The position numbers and the translations under genes were made by a program. Below the pieces are notes generated by a model that was not told where the DNA came from, ran no database searches, and was given only the letters and a program-made list of their open reading frames with translations. From positions 24,529,465 through 24,593,464 of the forward strand of contig NC_057719.1 of NCBI RefSeq assembly GCF_004010195.1: DNA of 64,000 nt, written 5' to 3'. Every line of letters starts with the position of its first letter. Position 1 is the first letter of the stretch. Below, piece after piece: positions 52,471 to 64,000 of the stretch. Source of the stretch: Chiloscyllium plagiosum. Taxonomy: Eukaryota.

Positions 52471-53959
52471 AATTGAGATCTGATTTGATCTGTCCAACTC
52501 AGTGTGAGTGACAAGGAGAAAAACAACTTTTTAAAAACCATCAGCTTTATTCCACACACATGATTCTTCACAACATTGAATCACAGGAAATGTACAGGAA
52601 GCTATTTATCCAGATTGGTATTATTTGATCAGTATATTGTAGAGTGGATGGATAAATGGCTCCACTAACACCAAGGCTGATTCCTTGAGCTATGGAACAG
52701 ATGCACCAGACCAAATAGAAGCAGAATGCAAATGCATGACACCCACTTAATAGTCACATTGCAACTTGAAAGAAAAATAGTTTTGCAATGTGAGAATCTG
52801 AAGCATGATCCATCCCTGTATACCCTAGAGAATGTGATGGTGAACAGCCTGCTTCAACTGCTGTAGTCCATGAAGTGCAAGTATGCTCACAATACAGAGT
52901 CCTAGGATTTTCATCCAGCGATGATGAAGGAGCAGCGATATAGTTCTAAAACAGGATGGTGTGTCAGTTTTAGGGGAACTTACAGGTGATGGGGATATCA
53001 TGCAAATGATGCCCTTGTTCCTCTAGGTGACAGAAGTCATCGGTTTTGGAAGTGTTGTTAAAGGAGACTCGCGCTTATAATTGACACCCATTGTTTCAGA
53101 ATACTGGAAAGACTAGGAGTGAATCAATGTGCTGATGAGGCCCAGTAGAGTCTCCAGTTTCATCCCTATGTGCTACATTCTTCATAAATTTTGCTGTGGA
53201 GGCATACCAAGCATGGAGCCCAAGTGGCATGTGGAACCCATGGTGGTGATATAGGGAGGTCAGTGAAAGTGCAGAATTGGTTCTGGTAACTTTTATGTGA
53301 CCTGGCAGATGGTGCGCCAGGAAATAATACAAGCTGCATTTGTTTTGCTCCAGCTGCTTCTATACAGATTGCCTTAAAACTGCTGAACTATTTAAAGTTA
53401 TTTTGCAGGATGGTCTCAAAGTTCCTTGTAATTATTGTAGATTTAAATGCCTTACAAAACCACCAAGATTCTGTGATGCGACAGGCAAATTGATGAAATT
53501 CACTGACCTGCTTGTATTTTTAGGAACAAGTTGACGATCTGTTCCACAGTTTAGAAAAAAACGTTACGGTCTATGGAAGTGTTGTCAAATTAGCCTCATG
53601 GATAAACAAAAAAATCAGGAAACTAGAATAATGGGGATCATAATTGATCGATCTGACTGGGAATCACAGTTTAGTGAAGTTTCTTTTGTGGGTGTTGTTC
53701 TGTGCACATTGTTGAGAAACAACCTTGAAGCATGACATAGAATTGTCAGCTGGTGGACACTAGAAGTCATTGATGAAAGAGACAGACTAAGGGATTGATG
53801 AGGAAGAATTTGTTTAATAAAAGCCAGTTATGTCATATAACAGAATTTCAGCTAAAATGTTGAAAAAAGGTCAAAACATGTGGTAAAGAAAAGGGAAGTA
53901 GGCTTAGGGAAGATACGATTCCAGTGGGAGAACTGAGAGGGGAAGGACCTTCTGTGCGT

Positions 53960-54795
53960 GACACCAAAATTGGTGGTATAGAAGTGAAGAAAGTTACCTC
54001 AGAGAACAATGGGATTTTGATCAACTGGGCCAGTGTTATGGCAGATGGAGTTTATTTCAGATAAATGTGAGGTGTTGCATTTTGGTAAGACAAACCTTGG
54101 CAGAACTTACATAGTTAATGGTTGGGTCCTAGGGAGTATTGTTGAACAGCGAGACCTAGGAGTGCAGATACATAGTTCCTTGAAAGTGGCATCACAGATG
54201 GTGAAGAAGGCATTTTGCATGCTTGACTTCATTGGTCAGAGCTTTGAGTACAAGAGTGGAGGTGTCATGTTACAGCAGTTCAAGACATTGGTAAAGCCAC
54301 ATTTGGTTAACCGCGCGTATTTCTGGTCACCCTGCTGTAGGAAGGATGCTATTAAACTGGAAAGATTGCAAAATTATTTACAAGGATGTTACTGCGATTG
54401 AAGGGTTTAAGTTACAAAGAGACAGTGGATAGGCTGGAACACTTTTCCTTGGAGCATAGGATACTGAGGAGTGACCTTATAGATGTTTGCAAAATCATAT
54501 GGGGCATAGAGGGTAAGGAAGTTCAAAACTAGAGGGGAGGTTTAAGATGGGAGGAAGAAGTTTTAAAAGGGGCCTGGGGGGGCAATGTTTTCACACAGAA
54601 GCTGGTGTGTATGTAGAATAAACTGCCAGAGGAAGTGGTAGAGGCAGGTACAATTTGGACAGGTACATAATTAAGAAAGGTTCAGAGGGATATGGACCAG
54701 ATGCAGGCAAATGGGACTAGTTCAGTTCGGGAAATCTGGTTGGCATGGATGAGTAGGATCGAAGTGCCTGTTTGCTTGCTGTATACTCTATGACC
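53960..54795 (+). mobile_element. CR1 LINE 3' fragment
   Basis: WQMEF..KCEVLHFG, EQRDLGVQIH and FWSPC motifs; CTCTATGAC tail. Confidence 0.88.
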
Positions 54796-55304
54796 GTTTC
54801 TTATAACAAGAATCCTATGACTTTTAGGTTTTAAAGGGATTTAAACAAATCAAGGGGTGGCATTTGCATTTTAATGCGAAATAAACAGTAATTACTGGAA
54901 CAAAAAATATGAGGATTTCTCAGAAATAAGCATTAACCGCAATGAAGAATATAAATGTGATTAGTGACCATTCACTGGAAAGTATCCAGCCAGTGTGAAA
55001 CTGCCAAAAGAGTATAATCATGTCTTGTGATATAAAGAGAAGTTAACTTGGAAACACAAATAATTCTAACCTTATATGGATTCATGATAAGGCTACATTT
55101 GAAATATTGCCGAATATTGGATACCATAGATTTCAAAAGGCATTAATGTGTCTGTGAGCATTTGGAGATTAATGATAAGTGTAAAGCACAAAACTTTCCA
55201 CTTTGCTCTGATAATTGTAATTGTATAGTGGATCTCACCGCTTGAAAGATGATTAGTTGATGAAATGACCATACTATTTCTACCTTCTGGCTGCTTTTGC
55301 TATG

Positions 55305-55415
55305 TCCCATGCAGACACAGGGAGAACATGTAAATTCCACACAGACAGTTGCCTGAGGCTGGAATTGAACCTAGGTCCCTGGTGTAGGATAGTAGTGCTA
55401 ACCACTGAGTCACCA
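55305..55415 (-). mobile_element. HE1-type SINE 5' fragment
   Basis: Minus strand TGACTCAGTGGTTAGCAC...GGTTCAATTCCAGCC. Confidence 0.78.
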
Positions 55416-57976
55416 CAACATCACCTAACATGATATGAATTGAAATAAAGGTAGTTCTTGGCAAAGGACAAGTTTGTGCTTGACCCTTCCAGAAATGCAC
55501 AAGAAATGGGTTTTAAAAAAAACTGCAAGCGCTGATCTCTGTGTTCTGGACAGCTGGCAGGTTAGTTACGTTGCATTCTGTAAAAGTGTGCCATGAGGGC
55601 ACAGCTGAGGAATTCCACTAAACGCCCTTATGTTCACAATTAAGTAGAAATAAACTTCCTGTGGTTGCTGCAAACACCATCAGCAAAGCCACTTGACAAA
55701 AACTGGACCATCCCTTTCAGCTAATGGCAAAACTATGAATCTCCGAGCAACCACTTAACTGCCAAAGATAACACTACACTATCCACCTTTGTGGACCCAA
55801 TGTTTCATGGTCTATCCACCGTGGAAAAGCTAAAATCATTTTTGTACTTTTTTAAACATATTCTTTTTTAGACTTGCCTTTCATTTCTAATCTGTACATT
55901 TACAAATCACATACTATCTTGAATTTGTTTGGCCAATGAACCTTTTCCTTAACACAAGTAAGCCTCCTTACCAAGCATAAATATCTTTAGGCTGGGAAAG
56001 GTGTCCATGACTGAAGGGATTCATTTTAAATTAACCATGTTGCAATCAGGGGCTGGGTTGTTAAAGGAGGGGAGCCAGGTCATTGCTCCTCACCTTGGAG
56101 TATATCTATTTCGATATCCCATCTGGAATCATCACAAAATGGGAATCCTTACCCAGAAAATATAAAAACTAAATTGTTCTACTTTATATGTGTACAGACT
56201 TCAGATTTTCCATTTGAGGAGTGCAAAGAAGGATGCTGATGAGATACATTCTGAAAAAGTAGCTGTAGAAAAAGTCAGTGGACAGGGTCCTAATTGTATT
56301 TTAGTACTCGGGTCTCTGCAAATGCTCATGAAATGCAATCATAGGAAGAAGTCTCAAAACTGTTTGTTTAAAGAAAAGGTTTGTAAATCACCTGTGACCT
56401 CTGAACTATACTGCAGACAGTTTCACCACTATTTTGTCAGGAGGTTAACACAGGTTTTGGTTTCCAGAAATATAGTTGCTTCATGACACCAATGCCAAGA
56501 AAGAGGTCCAATCAGTTGAGGCAAAATATTGGGGGTGCTGGAAATTAGAAATAAAACCAAAGTATGCTCAGAAATTCAGCAGATAGGCATCACAAGGTCA
56601 GGTTTTATTCCAATACAATAATTAGTTGATCTGTTTTCTTTCAGGAATGGCAAAATAAATTTGATATGATTAGATGATACGATGTAGGTGTTCCTGCAAT
56701 CACTTCAACCATCACTAATGTCTGAATCACTTTTAGTGGATTACTTCTTGAAGGTGAAGGGCAGTGTCATGCAAGAGATGAAAGACTGCGCAGAGCCTGA
56801 AAGAAAAGCTAATCATCTTTCCCTGCTCTTTTTAAATGGAAAAGTTGCAGTCGCAGAATCAGAGTACTGCAACGGTGCGGAAGATGTCCATTCAGTTCAT
56901 CATGTCTGCACTGGCTCTCAGCATTTTGAGTTTACGCCAATTTCATGCTTTTTGCCTATACCCCTACGCTATGTTTCTATTTAATTAATCATCCAGGCAG
57001 AGCAGTCTATACCCTATTTGCTGCATGAAAAGATTCTTTTTCTCACCTTGCATTTGCTTCTTTTGGACATTAGAACTGTGCCCTCAGGCTTTCAATCCAT
57101 TTTCAAATGGAAACAATTTGTCCGATCCAGAGTCTGCACACACGTATATCACATAGATAAAAAATGATGCTTTAAAATCTTCAGGTTCCTTGGTAAAATG
57201 CAGACACAAATTTTAACTATGATGGTTCAGTTTGTTCTCAACAATTTATGTTGAGAACACTGATTTGTTATGTTAATACTTGTCATGTTAATCCCATTGC
57301 TGCCTGTTGAACTAGAAATGATTAGGTGAATTAAGAAAAGCAATTGTGCAAGAGCCACAGAACTGGTCAGAAAAGAATTGAGTCGCATGCCCAAATATTT
57401 CAGTATAATAAACCCAAGTGGAACTGGTTTTCAGCTCTTGTACCAAAGAAAGGATAGCAAACCTCAGTTGATCCTCCAAAGTCCTTCTCACTAATATCTA
57501 GGAACTTCTGCCAAAATTGGGACAACTATCATAGATTCATCAAGCAACACCCTGATGAAGTTAATCCTCACCAACTTATACCTTACAACTAATGTCCCTG
57601 ACCTCTTTATTGTTTTGCTTGGGTATGTCTAGTCACACTGGCAGGTTAGATTCACTAAACAATTGGGAGACCCACTTCTGCTCCAGATCTTATCATAGGA
57701 TTGGATCAGTCATCAACAGGAGATATGAATTTCAGAAATGAGATGCGATTGACTACCCATGACATCAAGGGACTCTTTCATTGAATGAGGGATCAAAATT
57801 GACACTCATCAGTTCTTGTTAAAGATCTTATCAGCAGTTCAGATTGAAAGAGGTTGTCATCTTACCAAACTCACCATACAAACTAAGCATTGAGAAAACT
57901 CAACATAGAAATCAAAGTGGGTTCTTGGTGGGTATAAATGTGCCACCTCCTGTGAATAATCTCATCTTGTCCATGG

Positions 57977-58204
57977 AGAAAGTGAGGACTGCAGATGCAG
58001 GAGATTAGAGCTGAAAAATGTGTTGCTGGAAAAGCGCAGCAGGTCAGGCAGCATCCAAGGAGCAGGAGAATCGACGTTTCGGGCATAACCCCTTCTTCTG
58101 GAATGAAGCCCTTCCTGAAGAAGGGCTTATGCCCGAAACATCGATTCTCCTGCTCCTTGGATGCTGCCTGACCTGCTGCGCTTTTCCAGCAACACATTTT
58201 TCAG
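57977..58204. mobile_element. Penelope-derived inverted-pair element, family A, young copy
   Basis: Near-perfect arms (~58008-58103 and ~58112-58207). Perfect 16-bp TSD CTCATCTTGTCCATGG at 57961-57976 and 58205-58220. Confidence 0.9.
58112..58146 (+). ncRNA. Hammerhead ribozyme motif, family A
   Basis: TTC-CTGAAGA-A-GGGC-TTAT-GCCC-GAAA-C-ATC-GATT. GTC has become ATC, consistent with CpG decay. Confidence 0.68.
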
Positions 58205-58811
58205 CTCATCTTGTCCATGGCCAAACTATGGAGCACGGCGCGTTCTACAAATACCAGGCACACATACCCTTTCACCACAGATATTGGCACTCCTCTTTCA
58301 GACAGCCTTGACCCTGGCATCCTTCAGTGCACTGGCAGTGTACCCAGCAAGGTGTAAACCATGTTTCCTTTTATTTATGTTTGATTGTGGACTGAATTGG
58401 GAAAAGAACTGTTTTAAAAACCAAACATTGTTGACAGAGTGCAACAGTTTTTGAGATCAAGTAACCTGACACTCATTGTAAGTACTGTTTACAAAGCTGC
58501 AACTTCAAACAGTAGTAGGATTGCAGATGAGGAAACCAAGTGCTTGTGCTAATAGAGATTCAGCTGGCAACAAGTAGCTAATTGGTCTAGTGACAAATGG
58601 TCAATAACAAAGGCCTTCTGCTGACAAATGATGATGCGATTGGTTCCAGATAGCTGATCACCTTGGGATTGTGAACAGAATAGGAAGAAGGCTCAGATCT
58701 CCACAGTTTCAGCAGCTGCCTCTGTTCCCTGCAGTAAAACACACACATTAAGTCTGAACAAAATTAGATTATTTTTCCTTCAGTCCAGAGACAGAGGTTA
58801 ATGTTCTAGTG

Positions 58812-59050
58812 ACAAAAACAGAAAGTGCTTGGAAATCTCAGCAGGTCTGGCAGCATCTGTGGAGAGAAACCAGAGTTAATGTTTTGGCTCCAGTGACCCT
58901 TCTTCAGAATCCGTTCCGAAGAAAGTTCACTGAACCAGAAACATTAACTCTGATTTATCTTCACAGGTGCTTCCAGACCTGCTGAGATTTTCCAGCAGTT
59001 TCTGAGTATGTTTCAGATTTTAGGCATCTGCATTTCTTCAGTTTTTTTTG
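58812..59050. mobile_element. Penelope-derived inverted-pair element, family B
   Basis: Inverted arms centred near 58911. The minus core reads CTGAAGA-A-GGGTC-ACTG-GAGCC-AAAA and the plus core is more decayed. Confidence 0.8.
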
Positions 59051-59054
59051 GATC

Positions 59055-59370
59055 TAGGGGTGTGGATTCAAAATTCCCATTATATCCAAATGGCGAAATT
59101 TGAATTCACTAAAAATCTGAAATTAAACATGAGTGTCAGTGGTGTCTATGTAACCGATTGTTAACCAACCTACCAGGTTCACAAATGCCCTTTCGGGAGG
59201 GAAATCTGTCATCCTTACCTGGTCTGACCTACACATAACTCCAGACCCACAGCAATATGGTTCACTCAGAATTGCCCTGTGAAATGGCTCTAGAAAGTGA
59301 TTCAGATTAAGAACATCAGGAATAGCCCATCGAGCAATGCCCACATCATATGAATGAATGAATAAACTAA
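59055..59370 (+). mobile_element. SINE-like dispersed repeat
   Basis: Related to 36773-37148; ends in ATGAATGAATGAATAAA. Confidence 0.55.
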
Positions 59371-59984
59371 AAAAGATTAACTACAAACCCAGTCCATGCT
59401 TTCTGGATTCAAAAGTGAGGGAAATTGGGGGATTCTGCAAACCTTTCAAAATCTTTAATTTTTATGACCACTGTAAGATAAAGGTGTTGATTTCCAGTGT
59501 GCTTCCTCATTGAGTTGTGACAAAGAGCAAACTTGTCTAACAGGGCACACCAAGAACCAGCAGTGATTGTCTGCATTGGGTATAGTTCTTGCCCAGGGAC
59601 AGGTCCCCAGTCCAGATCAGGTCGTCTGCCAGGACTCCCTCGCTCTCTTAGCATCTGTTCAATGGTACCTGCTGTCGTGGCTGCAATCTGTACACTTTGC
59701 CTTGCCCTGTCACACCCTGCAGAGGCAACTAATGCAGTCACACAACCAGGACAGTGGCTGTGTTGTGCAGCAGTCGCCAGTCAAGGGCAAATGGATCTTG
59801 TCTTATGCCAGTCCAGCACCTGAACCACATGGACTCACCATTTGCTCCAAACAGAATAAGCAGTAGAACATGGCTGAAAGTCTTAGTGGAGTGGTCCACA
59901 GTAAAAGTCTTTGGGGCACTCCTCAGTAAGGGGGTTCAAAAGGTTAGTCAAGGGCAGCCTTCCTTGCCAGTCCCAGAATTCAGG

Positions 59985-60112
59985 CGAAAGTGGGTACTGA
60001 AGATACTGGAAATCAGAGTCTAGATTAGAGTGGTGCTGGAAAAGCACAGCAACTCAAGCAGAGTCTGAAGGAACAGGAAAATCAACATTTTGGGCAAAAG
60101 CCCTTCATCCAG
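59985..60112 (-). mobile_element. Penelope-derived short element, family A
   Basis: Minus strand CTGGATGA-A-GGGC-TTTT-GCCC-AAAA (decayed core) plus the family A tail. Confidence 0.75.
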
Positions 60113-61334
60113 GGTTGTCCAGTCAGCGTGGATTTGCAGTGGGTAATGGTTACTCCTTTGTCTCCATTGTGTCCAGTTGGAGCTAGGTGTGGTACCATCC
60201 AGGCAGGCTGGTGCTGTCAGATCAGTTTGCTGGAGAGGGGTGGGGCGAGGTTGTGGTGGCTGGTCGGGAGTGGGGGGGGATATCATCCGGTGTCGGTGTA
60301 TGTACCTGGCTTGGATGATGACCTAGGACAGTGTGAAGTCTGTGGGTTTGACAGAATTGGAAGGGGAAGGATGTTTAGGATTTCAGTGGCATGTTGACAC
60401 TGTGACTGAAAGCCACTGGCAGAAGATCAGTCAGTGTCATTACAATCGTGATACATGATTAGTGCGCAATATCAAGAAGAATATCTGTGCAGGGATTCGC
60501 AGTGATGTGGGATAACTGAGTAGACATGTGAGGGAGGTGTTTAAATCTGTAGCCAGTCACTGGACGTTCACATGGGAACAACATTGACTTCCAATACATG
60601 ACATGTTGAACACACAAATAGGATCCCTACTCCCTGACTGTCCTACGTCATTAACCCTTTTTCTCTGTGTTGCTGTTCCCTGGCACCGTAACCACTAGGT
60701 AAACTCCCTGAGATAGATACTCCTCGTCATCCGTGCTGCTGCAGTGTCCAGGAAGTGGTCTTGTCAAAAGTCCCTCCCGCGCCCTTGGTATTCTCATTCA
60801 CAGACCTTTTGCTGAGGGATACTTAGAAGAATGGCAGCACCTGTAAGACACCAGAGGAAGAAGACATTGCAGTCAGTGCTTAGTGAAAATGTTTGATGTA
60901 TTCCATGAATTAATGTGAGCATAGCGGTGGAATGATAAGTGTCGAGCCGTGGATGTCTGTGCATCCCGAAACGAGTGGTCCCAGTTTTCTCCTGAAAGGG
61001 CAAGTACTCTTGCATCAGAGGGGTAAAGACAAAAATATCTGATTACATTTCTACCCTACCCTACCACCTCCCCCCCCCCCCCCCCAAATCTGTCCAACAT
61101 TGCTCTATTTCACTACGTGCTGCGTTTGCCTTAATGACAAAAACAGGATGAATGCATAAGATGAAAGTATGCAGCGTGGCTGTTGGGATGGTGCGCTTGG
61201 GAGAAAGGTATTGAGTTGTTCTGAGGGAGTGAAGAGGCAAGATGGAGAGCATGTTAGGTTATTGGTATTGGGAGGATGAGGGGTAATCGGGGCAAGCGAG
61301 GGAAGGTGTTGTATGCAACAATGGGGGGTGGGTG

Positions 61335-61600
61335 TCAAAGCATGAGCCTTGGGGAGAGGTAAGTTCGATGGTAGAGTGAGTGTGAGGTGATCAGGGGGCA
61401 GAGTATGTAACTTATCCTCACAGACCAAAGAAGATCATTGACCTTCTTCCAGCACTCCTGCTCAGCTCTCCTCACCCCAGCAATGGCATTGATCAAGGTA
61501 GCACTCCTGACTATGTTGACATGGCCTGGTGGTATGGCCTCCTCTGTCAGTCCTCCGGGAAGTGGACTCATCTCCTCTCCAATCCGCCATCCACATGAAC
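61335..61600 (-). mobile_element. PIF/Harbinger-type Myb/SANT-like ORF remnant (element probably spans ~59.4-61.9 kb)
   Basis: INAIAGVRRAEQECWKKVNDL resembles the R...QC.KK.NDL helix of Harbinger-associated Myb/SANT proteins. Confidence 0.5.
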
Positions 61601-61949
61601 CTCTAAGTCTCTCTCTGACAAGTGTGATGCCAGCCTGCCCTTCTCTGACATCTCTCCTGGCTCCTTCAGTGACTGAGCATGGCAGCTTCTGGATGGCAGT
61701 ACTCCTCCAGGTGCCTTGCGGGATTTGAAATCAGGCACAGACACAAGGGGAGTTGCTCTTAGGGCAATGTCTGGTGAGTTCCTTTATAAATGGCATGTTG
61801 TAAGATGGGCAAAAATGGGCCTGATACTCATCACAAGGGCTGAAACACCAAACAATATGGTGAGTTTGGTAAGATACAGTGAGAAAACTCACTTAGCTTC
61901 ATGAGGAGAATCACTCCACCAAACTCAATGCAAGTCAAACTCTGACACA

Positions 61950-62320
61950 AAAGGTGATTTCATTGAAATATATAGGATTGTTATTAGGATTAATGCGGAG
62001 AGGATGTTTCCCCATATGGGAGAGTCTAGGACCAGAGGGCAAAGTCGCAGAATAAAGAGATGACAATTTAAAACTGAGATGAGGAATTTCGTCTCTCGGG
62101 GTTGAGAGTCTTTGGAAGTCCTTGCCACAGAGAGTTGTGGGAGAGTTGTATGTTTAAGACTTAGATAAATGCTTGGTCAGTAGGGGAATCAAGCATTGGA
62201 GGAGAGGGCAGGAAAATGGACACTAGGTGCACTGGATCAGCCACAATCGTATTGAATAGCAGAATAGGTCTGAGGGGCAGAATGCCCTACTCCAGTTTCA
62301 ATTTCTTATGATCTTGTGAT
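61950..62320 (+). mobile_element. CR1 LINE 3' end fragment
   Basis: ERMFP.MGESRTRG..FKTEMRNF; TTCTTATGATCTTG tail. Confidence 0.8.
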
Positions 62321-62380
62321 TGCATATGTGTCTATTGAAAAAGGAGCTTTAATGTGGAAACAGGGGTGACCCTTCACTGA

Positions 62381-62513
62381 AGGGCCCTGAAGAAGGGCTC
62401 ATGCCCAAAACGTTGATTCTACAGCTCCTTGGATGCTGCCTGACTTGCTGCGCTTTTCCAGCAACACATTTTCAGCTCTGACCTCCAGCATCTGCAGTCT
62501 TCACTTTCTCCTA
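62381..62513 (+). mobile_element. Penelope-derived short element, family A
   Basis: CTGAAGA-A-GGGC-TCAT-GCCC-AAAA-CGTT (G of GAAA mutated) plus tail. TSD ACCCTTCACTGA at 62369-62380 and 62514-62525. Confidence 0.85.
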
Positions 62514-64000
62514 ACCCTTCACTGAGGCTTGGGTGCCTGGAAGATTGTTGTAGAGGTAAAAGAGTTGATTTTTTTATCGGTGAGGAGATTGTTACAAATT
62601 GTTGTATTATAATAAAGTTGGTGCTTTTTCTTTCATGTAACAACATTTTTATTTGTTTTTATTAGTGTACTTTAGCAATCTTTTATGTATATTGAGCTAC
62701 TGACCTCGATAGTAAGCAAAAAGAAAATAAAAACTTAACGCCTATCAAATCAGACTTCACTCTGGGATTTGACTGGTCCATCATTACCATCAGCTGGGAT
62801 GATAATAAATTCCCTCAAAAATGAACCTCTGCAGTTTGTTCCCAATCCTCTTCTGGAAAGTATCTGATGGCTTCTACTAATGAAGTTCATTTCAATAGCC
62901 TGTCGCTGATGTTACATTTTAGGGGAAGGGGAGGACACTGTATGCACAATTTAGGGCCTTAGCACCTGTTAAAGGAGCACATTTACAAATTCTGTTCGAT
63001 AAAAGTTTTGAACTGTTTGAAGGCTTTCCAGTGTTGTGAAGGCTTTCCAGTTAGAAGATGCTATGGGCATTACAGAAAGACTCGCACTCATTTAGACAGA
63101 CTTAACATGGCCGTGCAATAAGGGCAGGGAATTTATGTAGCTTTATTCTTACAGCTACATTTACAACGACAGTTGATCAGACAAACAGATGATATAAATG
63201 GCTATATATTTACAAATGTGAGTCTGTTTGCAATGAAATGTCACCTATGCCATCTGTGTGCCCTCGGAAGGTATTCTTTTTCATTTCCCTCCCCATATGT
63301 TTTCTGTGAAGGGCTGTTCTTGGCTGGCAGGGATTGACCTGTTGCACAGCTGGGTTTTAAATATAATGCCAGCAGCACGAATCACAGAAGGTCCTGGTGG
63401 TGGCAGGTACATCCACTGCTGGTGAGCACACAATAATGAGCTTGACACCATGGAGATGTGGTGCATACGTATTGAGGCAAACAATGAAGAATTGCATGAA
63501 TTAACTCACTAGAACTCAGAAAATTTTAATAAAACTCCCTGAAATTGACACTATACCAATTTTTAGTAAACTCCAGCGAAGATTCTGAAATGACACTATG
63601 AACACCTATATTCGAATGCTAAATTCATTTGTCTGATAGTCTTCTGTTTATTTGCCTGAGGAATTAATGCACTTAATTTGCCAAAGAACTGTAAGAAAGT
63701 TGTGACAATGTTGAGACTGTTAAAATTTGACGGAGAAAATTTCTTTTCCCTCTTATTTTCACAATGTCCAGCCAAGGTATGGGCTTGATTACTTAGCCCA
63801 AATTCATGATTAAATGAGATGAAGAAAATTTCCCACAGCAAGTTTGATTTTGATCATTTTTACATTTCATAGGGTTATGTATTTTAGGCTTTTTAGTTAA
63901 AGCAAACATTGTTCTGATTTCCAGTGGCCTGAAACCCAATGACCTCCCACAATTGCTTTCCCTGAAATGTTATTTCATTTTCTAAGGCACTTACCATGTA

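Noticed and set aside
52915..52950. ATGATGAAGGAGCAGCG as a hammerhead
   Set aside because: No closing stem II or GAAA; it is part of the LINE-related repeat also seen at ~17790.
57977..58204. miRNA precursor, terminator or CRISPR-like repeat
   Set aside because: Dispersed, TSD-flanked and identical to the Penelope terminal repeat; no spacer array, and the DNA is eukaryotic.
63018..63051. Short direct repeat TGAAGGCTTTCCAGT x2 (similar case at ~45766-45790)
   Set aside because: An ordinary local slippage duplication with no further structure.
5630..64000. Downstream PRIMA1 exons (transmembrane and cytoplasmic tail)
   Set aside because: No WW-hydrophobic-CYKAIK-like exon with splice sites was seen. 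The SWW at ~14940 lacks the context. The exons are probably beyond the window, but a by-eye miss is possible.

Overview
Eukaryotic, repeat-rich DNA from a cartilaginous fish; HE1-type SINEs, CR1 LINEs and a DeuSINE point to a shark. A CpG island (~3.95-5.95 kb) holds two + strand coding exons of PRIMA1, the proline-rich membrane anchor of acetylcholinesterase: the signal-peptide exon (5278-5361) and the PRAD exon (5482-5629). The provided ORF track misses the PRAD frame. I found no transmembrane exon, so the remaining ~58 kb is most likely one large PRIMA1 intron. It is filled with decayed transposons: many CR1 fragments, a full-length but inactivated L1, a Rex/Babar-type LINE, a solo LTR, Gypsy and Harbinger remnants and tRNA-derived SINEs. 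The most striking structure is a set of about 13 insertions from 3-4 sequence families that carry minimal type I hammerhead ribozyme cores (CTGANGA-stem II-GAAA-palindromic stem III-NUH). Six are head-to-head inverted pairs and many have 8-16 bp target-site duplications. A 1.4 kb Penelope-like retroelement fragment (RT plus GIY-YIG endonuclease) ends in the same hammerhead and tail, which ties the short elements to Penelope-like elements. All family assignments are by-eye motif recognition; no database search was run, and repeat boundaries are approximate unless a TSD is given.
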